A DNA stretch of 64,000 nucleotides from contig CAZYUB010000009.1 in the NCBI GenBank assembly GCA_964650515.1, forward strand, positions 25,093-89,092. The letters run 5' to 3'. This DNA is from an uncultured Planctomycetia bacterium. GTDB lineage: Bacteria; Omnitrophota; Gorgyraeia; Pluralincolimonadales; Pluralincolimonadaceae. Below the pieces are notes generated by a model. That model searched no databases. It saw nothing but the letters and a program-made list of their open reading frames with translations, and was not told the DNA's origin. The translations under genes were made by a program, and so were the position numbers. This document shows, piece after piece, positions 24,778-34,079 of this stretch; the stretch's first letter is position 1; every line of letters starts with the position of its first letter.

Positions 24778-25895
24778 AAAATATGATAAGAGCGTTCTTA
24801 TATACACTGGTAATATCTGTGATAGCCGTGACGTCAGCTTGTATCCCGTTGTGCTATGCGCAGGAAGTAGGCGAGGCGGCTGCCGAGACATCCGTGTCGG
24901 CTGCGGAAGCATCTACGATAAAGGAATACCTGCAGCAGGCGCTTCCTGATAATCCCGAGAGGAAGATAGTCCTGGACGAGGTAACGGGCGTGCTTACGGT
25001 TACGGATACGCCGAGCAACCAGGCGCTGGCAAAGGACCTCATAATGCTTTGGGACACGGGCCCGAGCCAGGTAAAGATCCAGGCGAGATTTGTCGAGATA
25101 GAGATGACGGACGTCGAGGAACTCGGCGTTGAGTGGTGGTGGGCAAGGGAGGACAGGCATTCGGAAAAGAACGGCCGTTTTAGCAATATGGGCGTGAACA
25201 TGTTCTCACCGTCGATAAGTGAAAATGCCGACGATGCCGCGATATTCGGTATGGCCAACGAAACATCAGGCCTTGGCCTTAAGCTGGGCAGGTTCACCCA
25301 GGCCGGCAGCGTCATACAGGTATACTTGAAGGCGCTGCAGGAAGAGGGGAAGGCGAACCTGTTGTCGTCGCCTACGGTAACGACCCTTTCAGGGCAGATG
25401 GCGAACATACAGCTGGCAAATATAGTCCCCTACGCGTCGGATTTCACGAGGACGAATATAGGCAGCCCGGAGTTCCCGGTAATGGTCGAGGTCTATAAGG
25501 TGGCCGAGAAGGTCACCGGGATAATGCTCGAGGTCACTCCTACGGTCGCCGGCGACAGCCAGGTGGTCACGATGGATATACATCCCGAGGTAAGCGTTCT
25601 TGTGGACCAGCTTCCGATAACGGCTTCTACCGAGTTCCCGGACGGCCTAGGATACCCGGTCATAGACACGAGGACGGCGCAGACATCGGTAGTAATAAAG
25701 AGCGGCGAGACGGTCGTGGTCGGAGGCCTTATCAGGGAAGACGAGAATGTGACGAAGAAGAAGGTCCCGTTCCTCGGCGATGTCCCGCTGGTCGGCAACC
25801 TTTTCAAGACGCACCATACGAACAGCGTAAAGAAGAATCTTGTGATATTCCTCACGGCGACGGTACTTAACTCAAGAGGAGAGCCGGTGCTATGA
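24774..25895 (+). CDS. gspD: Short secretin 2 (tandem paralog; 373 aa)
   Basis: …VKIQARFVEIEMTDV…; …LKALQEEGKANLLSSPTVTTLSGQMANIQL…TSVVIKSGETVVVGGLI…KVPFLGDVPLVGNLF…KNLVIFLTATVL. Start overlaps the stop of secretin 1 by 4 nt. Confidence 0.85.
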   Translation: MKNMIRAFLYTLVISVIAVTSACIPLCYAQEVGEAAAETSVSAAEASTIKEYLQQALPDNPERKIVLDEVTGVLTVTDTPSNQALAKDLIMLWDTGPSQVKIQARFVEIEMTDVEELGVEWWWAREDRHSEKNGRFSNMGVNMFSPSISENADDAAIFGMANETSGLGLKLGRFTQAGSVIQVYLKALQEEGKANLLSSPTVTTLSGQMANIQLANIVPYASDFTRTNIGSPEFPVMVEVYKVAEKVTGIMLEVTPTVAGDSQVVTMDIHPEVSVLVDQLPITASTEFPDGLGYPVIDTRTAQTSVVIKSGETVVVGGLIREDENVTKKKVPFLGDVPLVGNLFKTHHTNSVKKNLVIFLTATVLNSRGEPVL

Positions 25896-26215
25896 AACGC
25901 AAGCTTATAGCCATGTCGGTGGTATTGGCCGCGGCTGTTGCCGCTTCGACGGTATTCGCGCAGGTCATAACGAAAACAAAATCCTCGGCCGGCAAACAGA
26001 AGGACATTGTACTTACGACGGCTGACATGAAGGACTCCTATAAGGTCGTCGGGATCGTGTCGGCCCGCGGTGGAGAAGTAAATCTGGACGGTTTGAATGC
26101 AAAATTGAAGGATGCGGCCAGGGACCTGGGAGCCGATTGCGTCATAGGCATCAATTACTTCAACTATAGCGGCTACGTCTATGCTTATGGCACGGCAATA
26201 AAGCTCAAGGAATAG
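25892..26215 (+). CDS. Small secreted protein (107 aa), weak UPF0145/YbjQ-like similarity; last gene of the secretion operon
   Basis: Signal peptide MKRKLIAMSVVLAAAVAASTVFAQ. …LGADCVIGINYFNYSGYVYAYGTAIKL loosely resembles the YbjQ family (…GANAVIGVDIDYE…GTAVKV). Confidence 0.35.
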   Translation: MKRKLIAMSVVLAAAVAASTVFAQVITKTKSSAGKQKDIVLTTADMKDSYKVVGIVSARGGEVNLDGLNAKLKDAARDLGADCVIGINYFNYSGYVYAYGTAIKLKE

Positions 26216-26315
26216 AGCAACCAGTCTTGTTTGGGTTTCACGCCTGTTTGTTTTTCCCGCACATTGCCTACACCGGAAATGTACCCATTAAAAAGTAGAA
26301 ATTTCATATAAAGAT

Positions 26316-28982
26316 ATGTCCGATAAAAGGCGCCTATTCCTTATTGACGGCAATTCGTTCTGCTACAGGGCTTTCTATGCCATACGCGCCCTCTCTAACT
26401 CGAAGGGCCAGCCGACGAACGCGATATACGGCTTCATAACGATGATAAACAAGATCATAAAGGATGAGAAGCCGGGCTATCTCGCAATAGCATTTGACCT
26501 GAAAGGGCCCACGTTCAGGCACAAGAAATTCGAACAGTATAAGATACACCGCAAGCCGATGCCGGACGAGCTCGTAGACCAGATGCCTATAATAAAGGAC
26601 GTGGTCAGGGCGTACAATATACCGGTCTTTGAAATGCAGGGATACGAGGCGGATGACATACTCGCGACGCTTACGAAGTCGGCAGTGGCAGCCGGGTATG
26701 AGGTCTATATTGTTACGGGCGACAAGGATATGCTCCAGCTCGTCGGGCCCAATGTAAGGGTATACAACGTCCATAAGGAGGGGCTTGTATACGATAAGGA
26801 AGCCGTAAAGGAGCGCTACGGCGTCCCCCCCGAGGGCATAGTCGACCTTATAGCGCTTATGGGCGACGCTTCGGACAACATACCGGGCGTCACGGGCATC
26901 GGGGAGGTCACCGCGAAGAAGCTTATGGAAGATTTCGGCAGCCTCGACAGGGTGATCGCGGGAGCCGGCAAGATCAAGTCCGAATCGCTGCGCAGGAAGA
27001 TAGTCGAGCATAAGGAACAGGCGTTGATGAGCAGGGACCTCGCGACAGTCGACTCCGGAGTGCCTATAGATGTAGACCTCGAAAAATTGCGTTTTGCCGA
27101 ACCGGACAAGGAGAAGCTCTACGGGATCTATTCGGAGCTTGAGTTCAGGAGCCTGTTAAAGGATTATTCTGCCCCCGGAAAGCAGATATCGGGCAAATAC
27201 GAGCTTGTGGAAGGCGACGCAGCCCTTAAGCGGCTGATAAAAGAACTATCGGGCCAGAAAGAGTTCGCGCTTGATTTCGAGACGACCGGGACCGACCCGA
27301 TGTCGTGCGAGCCGGTCGGAATATCATTCTGCTGGAAAGAGGGCAGCGCTCATTATGTGCCGATAGGGGACGTAAAAGGCGGGTTCGACAAGGCCGAATT
27401 CCTCGGGGCCATAAAGCATGTGCTTGAGGACAGGAATATAGCCAAGATCGGCCAGAACATCAAATACGAGAAGTTGCTGCTGGCCGTAAACGGCGTAGAT
27501 ATAAAAGGCGAGCTCTTTGACACGATGGTCGCATCTTACGTGTTGAACCCGTCAAAATCGAACCATAACCTCGAAGACATAACGCTTGAATATCTCGACC
27601 TGAAGAAGACGCCGATAACTGAACTTATAGGCGAAGGCAAGAAGAAGATAACGATGAAAGAGGTCGAGGTAGGCAGGGTAAAGGATTACTGCTGCCAGGA
27701 TTCGGACGCGACGTTCAGGCTCAAGAAAGTGCTCGACGGCCAGCTCGAGGAGAAGGGCATGGGCAAGCTCTTCCATGAAGTCGAAATGCCTCTTATCGAT
27801 TGCCTCACGGATATGGAGCTGTGCGGCGTCGCGATAGATACCGCATATCTCGGCGCGATGTCAAAGGAGATGGAAAAGCAGGTCGAGAAGATAACCGCGG
27901 AGATATATGAGGCGGCGGGCGCCGAATTCAACATAAATTCGCCGAAGCAACTGGCTGAGATATTGTTCGTCAAGCTGAAGCTCCCGGCCGTGAAGAAGAC
28001 GAAGACCGGGCAGTCGACCGACGTGGACGTGCTCGAGGCGCTTTCCGGTTCGCATAAGCTGCCGGCGCTGCTGCTGAAGTACCGCGAGATACAGAAACTG
28101 AAATCGACGTATGTCGATGCGCTGCCGGAGCTGGTCAACCCGAGGACGGGCCGTGTGCATACTTCGTTCAACCAGACGGTCACCGCTACGGGAAGGCTGA
28201 GCTCCTCCGACCCGAACTTCCAGAATATCCCGGTCAAGACGGAGATGGGAAGGAAGATACGCAAGGCGTTCATAGCGGGCCGCGAGGGCTGGTCAGTCCT
28301 GGCAGCGGACTATTCGCAGATAGAGCTCAGGATACTCGCGCATTTCTCGGCAGACCCGGAACTGCTGAAGGCGTTCGAGAGCGGCCGCGATATCCATACG
28401 CATACCGCATCGCTTATATTCGACGTGAAAGAAAGCGACGTGACGCCGGAGATGCGCTCTATAGCGAAAACGGTTAATTTCGGGATCATTTACGGAATGA
28501 GCCCTTTCGGGCTCTCGAAGGAACTGAAGATAGAGATATCGAAAGCGAAGGATTTTATAGACGCGTATTTCGAAAAATACGGAAAGGTCAGGGCATTCCT
28601 CGGCGACCTTGTCGAGGAGGCGCGCAATGACGGTTACGTCACGACCATCCTCAACCGCCGTAGGTACCTGCCCGAGATAAACAGCAGGAACAACTCGGTA
28701 AGGCAGTTTGCCGAGCGCGCCGCGATAAACGCGCCGATACAGGGATCGGCAGCGGACCTTATAAAGATAGCGATGATAAATATATATAACGTGATGAACG
28801 AGAAGAAACTGAAATCGAAGATGCTGCTGCAGGTACACGACGAACTCATATTCGAAGTGCCGCCGGAGGAAGTGAAGCTGATGCGCGAGCTTGTGAAGGA
28901 GAGGATGGAGCAGGTGGTAAAGATGAACGTCCCCGTAAAGGTTCAGGTCAAGGTAGGCGATAACTGGCTGGAGGCCGCCTGA
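26316..28982 (+). CDS. polA: DNA polymerase I (5'-3' exonuclease, 3'-5' exonuclease and polymerase domains)
   Basis: 888 aa. LFLIDGNSFCYRAFYA (5' nuclease), LDFETTG exo motif, DYSQIELRILAH motif A, QVHDELIFE motif C. Confidence 0.95.
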   Translation: MSDKRRLFLIDGNSFCYRAFYAIRALSNSKGQPTNAIYGFITMINKIIKDEKPGYLAIAFDLKGPTFRHKKFEQYKIHRKPMPDELVDQMPIIKDVVRAYNIPVFEMQGYEADDILATLTKSAVAAGYEVYIVTGDKDMLQLVGPNVRVYNVHKEGLVYDKEAVKERYGVPPEGIVDLIALMGDASDNIPGVTGIGEVTAKKLMEDFGSLDRVIAGAGKIKSESLRRKIVEHKEQALMSRDLATVDSGVPIDVDLEKLRFAEPDKEKLYGIYSELEFRSLLKDYSAPGKQISGKYELVEGDAALKRLIKELSGQKEFALDFETTGTDPMSCEPVGISFCWKEGSAHYVPIGDVKGGFDKAEFLGAIKHVLEDRNIAKIGQNIKYEKLLLAVNGVDIKGELFDTMVASYVLNPSKSNHNLEDITLEYLDLKKTPITELIGEGKKKITMKEVEVGRVKDYCCQDSDATFRLKKVLDGQLEEKGMGKLFHEVEMPLIDCLTDMELCGVAIDTAYLGAMSKEMEKQVEKITAEIYEAAGAEFNINSPKQLAEILFVKLKLPAVKKTKTGQSTDVDVLEALSGSHKLPALLLKYREIQKLKSTYVDALPELVNPRTGRVHTSFNQTVTATGRLSSSDPNFQNIPVKTEMGRKIRKAFIAGREGWSVLAADYSQIELRILAHFSADPELLKAFESGRDIHTHTASLIFDVKESDVTPEMRSIAKTVNFGIIYGMSPFGLSKELKIEISKAKDFIDAYFEKYGKVRAFLGDLVEEARNDGYVTTILNRRRYLPEINSRNNSVRQFAERAAINAPIQGSAADLIKIAMINIYNVMNEKKLKSKMLLQVHDELIFEVPPEEVKLMRELVKERMEQVVKMNVPVKVQVKVGDNWLEAA

Positions 28983-28983
28983 T

Positions 28984-30336
28984 ATGGCGAGCAGGAAGAA
29001 ACTAAAGATACTTTTCGCGTCAAGCGAAGTGGAACCGTTCTCGAAGACGGGCGGGCTGGCGGATGTGGCCGGCAGCCTCCCGGTAGCGCTGCAGAAGGCG
29101 GGCGCGGATGTCAGGGTCATCACGCCGAAATATAAATGCGTGAAAGCCAGGGGCAAGAAGGCGTTACTCGCGGGTAAAGTTCCGGTATATTTTGTGGAGA
29201 ACGACGGGTATTTCATGAGGGACAACCTTTACGCCGAGAAGTCCGGAGATTACGGCGACAACCTCGACAGGTTCGTATTCTTCTCAAAGCGCGTCCTCGC
29301 GATGGCGAAGGAGATGAAGTTCAAGCCCGACGTCATCCACTGCAACGACTGGCAGACGGCGCTCATTCCCGTGTACCTCAAGGAAGAACTTATGGGGAGG
29401 GACAGGTTCTATAAGGGCATCAAGACGGTCCTGACCGTGCACAACATGGGCTATCAGGGTATATTCCCGAAGGAGCAGTTCGAGAAAATAGGGCTCGGAT
29501 GGGAATACTTCACGATGCACCGGCTCGAATTTTACGACATGGTGAATATACTCAAGGGCGGCCTCGTCTTTACCGACATTATAACGACCGTATCCCCGAC
29601 ATACGCAAGGGAGATACAGCAGCCGGAGTTCGGCTACGGGCTTGACCCGCTGCTGAGGGAGCGCAGGGATTCCCTGTTCGGGATACTGAACGGCATAGAT
29701 TACGGGGAGTGGGTCCCGGGGACCGCGGGAAAACGCAGGGACAAGGCGCTTCTCCAGAAAGAGAGCGGGCTTGTGCAGGACGCCGACATGCCGCTTATAG
29801 GCGTGATATCGAGGCTCGCGGACCAGAAAGGCCTCGACCTGATCGCGCAGATGATAAACCAGATGCTGGACCTCGACGTGCAGTTCATTCTGCTCGGGAC
29901 GGGCGAGGAGAAATACCACCGGCTATTCGAGGATATAAGCAGGAGGATACCGCATAAGGCGTCGATCAACCTGAAATTCGATGAGGCGCTCGCGAAGAAG
30001 ATATACGCCGGATGCGATATGTTCCTTATGCCGTCGAGGTACGAGCCCTGCGGACTCGGGCAGATCATATCGCTCAGGTACGGCACGATACCGGTGGTCA
30101 GGAATACGGGCGGCCTCGCAGATACGATAAAGGAATTTGACGCGAATACGGGCTCGGGAAACGGCTTCCTGTTCGAGGGGTATGACGCATGGGAACTCTT
30201 CGATGCCGTAAAACGCGCGATAGGCGTCTATAAGCAGAAGAAGCTTTGGTCGAAACTGGTCTCGAACGCGAAGAGATGCGATTTTTCCTGGGATAAGTCG
30301 GCAAAAGAATACCTGGAATTATACGGGAAGAAGTAA
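28984..30336 (+). CDS. glgA: Glycogen/starch synthase (ADP-glucose type)
   Basis: N-terminal KILFASSEVEPFSKTGGLADV (KTGGL motif); 450 aa GT5 architecture. Confidence 0.9.
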   Translation: MASRKKLKILFASSEVEPFSKTGGLADVAGSLPVALQKAGADVRVITPKYKCVKARGKKALLAGKVPVYFVENDGYFMRDNLYAEKSGDYGDNLDRFVFFSKRVLAMAKEMKFKPDVIHCNDWQTALIPVYLKEELMGRDRFYKGIKTVLTVHNMGYQGIFPKEQFEKIGLGWEYFTMHRLEFYDMVNILKGGLVFTDIITTVSPTYAREIQQPEFGYGLDPLLRERRDSLFGILNGIDYGEWVPGTAGKRRDKALLQKESGLVQDADMPLIGVISRLADQKGLDLIAQMINQMLDLDVQFILLGTGEEKYHRLFEDISRRIPHKASINLKFDEALAKKIYAGCDMFLMPSRYEPCGLGQIISLRYGTIPVVRNTGGLADTIKEFDANTGSGNGFLFEGYDAWELFDAVKRAIGVYKQKKLWSKLVSNAKRCDFSWDKSAKEYLELYGKK

Positions 30337-30341
30337 AGCAG

Positions 30342-30941
30342 ATGCTCATAATCGGCGTCACGGGCAGTATAGGGACGGGAAAGACGACGGTGGCAAAAAT
30401 GCTCCGTCGGCTCGGCGCTACGGTAGTGGACGCCGACGATATATCGCATCGCGTAATGGAGCCCGGGAATCCGGCGTGGAAGAAGATAGTCGCGCGCTTC
30501 GGCAGGAAGGTATTGCGCCGTGACGGTTATATAGACAGGCAGGTGCTCGGGGCAGAAGTATTCTCGGACAGGGAGAAGCTCAGGAAGCTGTGCGCAATAC
30601 TGCATCCGGAGGTCTATAAACGGATGCGCGCGATAGCCAACAGGACGAGGAGGGCCGATAGTTCGGCCGTAGTGGTCCTAGATGTCCCGCTCCTGCTCGA
30701 GACAGGCGGGCGAAAGTACATTGACAAGCTTATCGTGGTCTCGGCGCCAAGGGAGGTGCAGGTCCGAAGGGCATGCAGGAAGTTCGGCCTGAGCCGCGCC
30801 CAGATAACCAAGAGGATAAGGATGCAGATGCCCTTAAGCAGGAAGGTAAAGGCGGCGGATTTTGTGGTAGATAACGGCGGAAGCATGGTATCGACGGAGA
30901 AACAGGTAAGGGCCATATGGAAGAAGCTGGCGGGGGCGTAA
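30342..30941 (+). CDS. coaE: Dephospho-CoA kinase
   Basis: MLIIGVTGSIGTGKTTV P-loop, 199 aa, typical CoaE. Confidence 0.9.
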   Translation: MLIIGVTGSIGTGKTTVAKMLRRLGATVVDADDISHRVMEPGNPAWKKIVARFGRKVLRRDGYIDRQVLGAEVFSDREKLRKLCAILHPEVYKRMRAIANRTRRADSSAVVVLDVPLLLETGGRKYIDKLIVVSAPREVQVRRACRKFGLSRAQITKRIRMQMPLSRKVKAADFVVDNGGSMVSTEKQVRAIWKKLAGA

Positions 30942-31435
30942 ACTGTCCCCATAAGATCGAGGATATCCTCGCGATACTCGGCGGGGAGATATCCGGCTCG
31001 AAGGATAAAAGGCTGCTTCCACCCGTCGTATTGCTTCTGATTGACATAGATAACTTAGAGAGGGTGAACCGCTGGTACGGCAGGAACACCGGCGATGATG
31101 TCCTTGCGGCGGTATCCCGGACGATCGGGGACAACATAACCGGCAGCGACCTGCTCGCAAGGTTCGGCGGGGATGAGTTTCTTGTCCTGCTGCGCGGCGT
31201 TACGCTGAAGGAAGCGAAACAGCGCAGCGCGCGGATACTGGAGGCGCTCAGTTCGCTCGATCTCGCCTCCGCGAAGCTGAAGGTCTCGGCATCCATCGGG
31301 ATAGCGCACTATTTTTCGTTCGCTTTCTCCGGTGAGGAGCTGCTGGGATGCGCTGTGGAGGCATTAGCATCGGCTCAAAAAGAGGGAGGAACTTTTAAAG
31401 TGTTCATGGAAGAGGAGGAATGGAATGAAAAGTAG
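30917..31435 (+). CDS. Stand-alone GGDEF-domain protein (putative diguanylate cyclase, no sensor domain, no RxxD I-site)
   Basis: …[25 protein letters not shown]…[12 protein letters not shown]… has an intact GGDEF motif. Only 172 aa. An in-frame stop at 30872-30874 rules out a longer N-terminus. Overlaps the coaE 3' end by 25 nt. Confidence 0.7.
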   Translation: MEEAGGGVNCPHKIEDILAILGGEISGSKDKRLLPPVVLLLIDIDNLERVNRWYGRNTGDDVLAAVSRTIGDNITGSDLLARFGGDEFLVLLRGVTLKEAKQRSARILEALSSLDLASAKLKVSASIGIAHYFSFAFSGEELLGCAVEALASAQKEGGTFKVFMEEEEWNEK

Positions 31436-32762
31436 CGGCGAAGAGACAAACGGAAAACAGTCAGCCAAAGAGGCGAAGGAGGCCGAGCCCAAGGAGTCGT
31501 CCGGGCCGGTGCTCAATATCGCCAAACTGAAGAAGATGACGATACAGGAGCTCACCAAGGCCTCGAAGGACCTCGGCATAAACTCCGTCAGCGGGCTTAA
31601 GAAACAGGACCTCATATTCAAGATACTTCAGGCGCAGGCCGAGAAGGAAGGGTTCATGTTCGGCGAAGGCGTGCTCGAGATACTGCCGGACGGGTTCGGC
31701 TTCCTGCGTTCTTCAAACTATAATTACCTGCCGTCGCCCGATGACATTTACGTGTCACCGAGCCAGATACGCAGGTTCGACCTCAGGACCGGCGATACCG
31801 TCAGCGGCCAGATACGCCCGCCGAAGGAAGGCGAGCGCTATTTCGCGCTTCTGAAGGTAGAGGTCGTCAACATGGAACACCCGGAATCGATGAAGGAGAG
31901 GACATTGTTTGATAATCTGACGCCGCTTTACGCGAATGAAAGGTATGTGCTCGAGACCGAGCCCGGCGAGATATCCATGAGGATAATGGATATGCTTACG
32001 CCCATCGGGAAAGGGCAGAGAGGCCTTATCGTCGCGCAGCCTTACAGCGGCAAGACGATACTTCTGCAGAAGATCTCGAACTCGATAATGAAGAATTATC
32101 CGGACGTGGTCCTGATAGTCCTGCTTATCGACGAGCGCCCGGAGGAAGTCACCGATATGCAGCGTTCGGTCAAGGGCGAGGTTGTGAGCTCCACGTTCGA
32201 TGAGCCCGCCGAAAGGCATATACAGGTAGCAGAGATAGTCCTCGAGAAAGCGAAGAGGCTCGTCGAGAACAAGAAGGACGTGGTAGTCCTGCTCGACTCG
32301 ATAACGCGCCTCGCGCGCGCCTACAACACGGTCGCCCCGCACAGCGGAAAGATACTTTCCGGCGGCGTCGACTCGAGCGCGCTGCACAAGCCGAAGAGGT
32401 TCTTCGGGGCGGCGAGGGCGGTCGAGGAAGGCGGTTCGCTGACGATAATCGCGACGGCCCTCGTGGATACGGGAAGCCGCATGGACGAGGTCATCTTCGA
32501 GGAGTTCAAGGGCACCGGCAACATGGAACTCCAGCTCGACAGGAACATGTTCCAGAAGAGGATCTATCCGGCCATCGACATCAAGCGGTCGAATACGAGG
32601 AAGGAAGACCTTCTGCTGAAAGAGGATGAGCTGAAGCGCATCTGGATACTCAGGAAGGTGCTCAACGAGATGAATTCGGACGAGGCGATGGAGCTGCTCG
32701 TAGACAGGCTCAGCAAGACCAAGACGAACGCCGAATTCCTCATGAACATGCAGCAGAAATAA
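31425..32762 (+). CDS. rho: Transcription termination factor Rho (with N-terminal charged extension)
   Basis: …[23 protein letters not shown]…(N-terminal domain), FGFLRS, P-loop AQPYSGKT, RecA-like body, 445 aa. Confidence 0.95.
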   Translation: MKSSGEETNGKQSAKEAKEAEPKESSGPVLNIAKLKKMTIQELTKASKDLGINSVSGLKKQDLIFKILQAQAEKEGFMFGEGVLEILPDGFGFLRSSNYNYLPSPDDIYVSPSQIRRFDLRTGDTVSGQIRPPKEGERYFALLKVEVVNMEHPESMKERTLFDNLTPLYANERYVLETEPGEISMRIMDMLTPIGKGQRGLIVAQPYSGKTILLQKISNSIMKNYPDVVLIVLLIDERPEEVTDMQRSVKGEVVSSTFDEPAERHIQVAEIVLEKAKRLVENKKDVVVLLDSITRLARAYNTVAPHSGKILSGGVDSSALHKPKRFFGAARAVEEGGSLTIIATALVDTGSRMDEVIFEEFKGTGNMELQLDRNMFQKRIYPAIDIKRSNTRKEDLLLKEDELKRIWILRKVLNEMNSDEAMELLVDRLSKTKTNAEFLMNMQQK

Positions 32763-32790
32763 CGCACGCAAAATAAAAAAGGAGAACAAG

Positions 32791-32991
32791 ATGAAGGAAA
32801 AGATCCATCCGAAATACGAACCGACGACGATAACATGCGCATGCGGTGAAGTGATACATACGCGTTCGGTAAAGCCGAACATAAAGGTAGAGATCTGCTC
32901 GAAGTGCCATCCGTTCTTTACCGGCACGACGAAGATCATGGATACCGCCGGCAGGGTCGAGAAGTTCAAGAAAAAATACGGGAAGAAGTAA
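32791..32991 (+). CDS. rpmE: 50S ribosomal protein L31
   Basis: [21 protein letters not shown]…[10 protein letters not shown]; 66 aa, CxxC…CxxC zinc ribbon. Confidence 0.95.
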   Translation: MKEKIHPKYEPTTITCACGEVIHTRSVKPNIKVEICSKCHPFFTGTTKIMDTAGRVEKFKKKYGKK

Positions 32992-33000
32992 CGGCATCCT

Positions 33001-34077
33001 ATGCTGATGTTCGAAGCGTTAGAGACGAGGCTCAGGCGTTACGAGGAGCTTGAGCGGCTTATCACCGACCCGAAGGTGATATCCGATTCCTCCTCGTACC
33101 AGAAGTTCACGAAGGAGCTTGCCTCGCTTCGGGGCATCGTCTCGAAATACAGGGAATACAAGAAGGCGGGTTCAGAGATCGAGGAGCTTGAAGGCGTCCT
33201 CGCGAAGAAGTCGCACGACGCCGATTTCGCGGAACTCGCGAAAGAGGAGCTGCTGGGCCTCAGGAAGAAGATGCCGGCCCTCGAGAAGGAGATAGAGGAG
33301 ATGCTCCTCGAGGACGACCCCGACGCCGACAAGAACATCATCGTCGAGATACGCGCCGGGACCGGCGGCCAGGAGGCCTCTTTATTCGCTTCTGACCTCT
33401 TCAGGATGTATTCGAAATACGCGGCGGGCCAGGGCTGGTCCGCCGAGATGCTCGGTTCGAGCATATCGGAGGCCGGCGGTTTCAAGGAAGTCGTCTTCGG
33501 CATAAACGGGAACGGCGTCTACCGGAAGATGAAATTCGAGTCGGGCGTCCACAGGGTGCAGAGGGTGCCTGCCACGGAAGCGTCCGGCAGGATACATACG
33601 TCGACGGTATCGGTCGCGGTGCTCCCCGAGGCGGAGGATGTCGACATCAAGATAGATACAAAAGACCTCAGGGTCGACGTCTTCAGGTCCTCCGGCGCCG
33701 GGGGGCAGTCGGTCAATACGGCCGATTCGGCGGTCAGGATAACGCATGTCCCTACGGGCATCGTCGTGCAGTGCCAGGACGAACGCTCGCAGCTGAAGAA
33801 CAAGAACAAGGCGATGAAAGTGCTTCGCGCGCGCCTGCTCGACAAGGCCGTAAGCGAACAGCACGCCAAGATAGCGAGGGAACGCAAGACGCAGATAGGC
33901 ACCGGGGAACGCAGCGAGAAGATACGGACGTATAATTATCCGGACAGGCGCGTGACCGACCACAGGATAGGCCTCACGGTGCATAACCTCGAGAACGTGC
34001 TCGAAGGAGATCTCGAGGAGATAATAATGGAATTACTGAAGCAGGAGAAGGACCTGAAGCTTAAAGAGGCAAAATAA
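33001..34077 (+). CDS. prfA: Peptide chain release factor 1
   Basis: GGQ motif (SSGAGGQSVNT), PAT tripeptide (RVPATEASGRIHTS) diagnostic of RF1, 358 aa. Confidence 0.95.
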   Translation: MLMFEALETRLRRYEELERLITDPKVISDSSSYQKFTKELASLRGIVSKYREYKKAGSEIEELEGVLAKKSHDADFAELAKEELLGLRKKMPALEKEIEEMLLEDDPDADKNIIVEIRAGTGGQEASLFASDLFRMYSKYAAGQGWSAEMLGSSISEAGGFKEVVFGINGNGVYRKMKFESGVHRVQRVPATEASGRIHTSTVSVAVLPEAEDVDIKIDTKDLRVDVFRSSGAGGQSVNTADSAVRITHVPTGIVVQCQDERSQLKNKNKAMKVLRARLLDKAVSEQHAKIARERKTQIGTGERSEKIRTYNYPDRRVTDHRIGLTVHNLENVLEGDLEEIIMELLKQEKDLKLKEAK

Positions 34078-34079
34078 AT

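Noticed and set aside
26216-26315. Possible promoter upstream of polA (ttgcct…attaaa / tataaa)
   Set aside because: Hexamers are weak and spacing is ambiguous, so I could not support a specific call from sequence alone.
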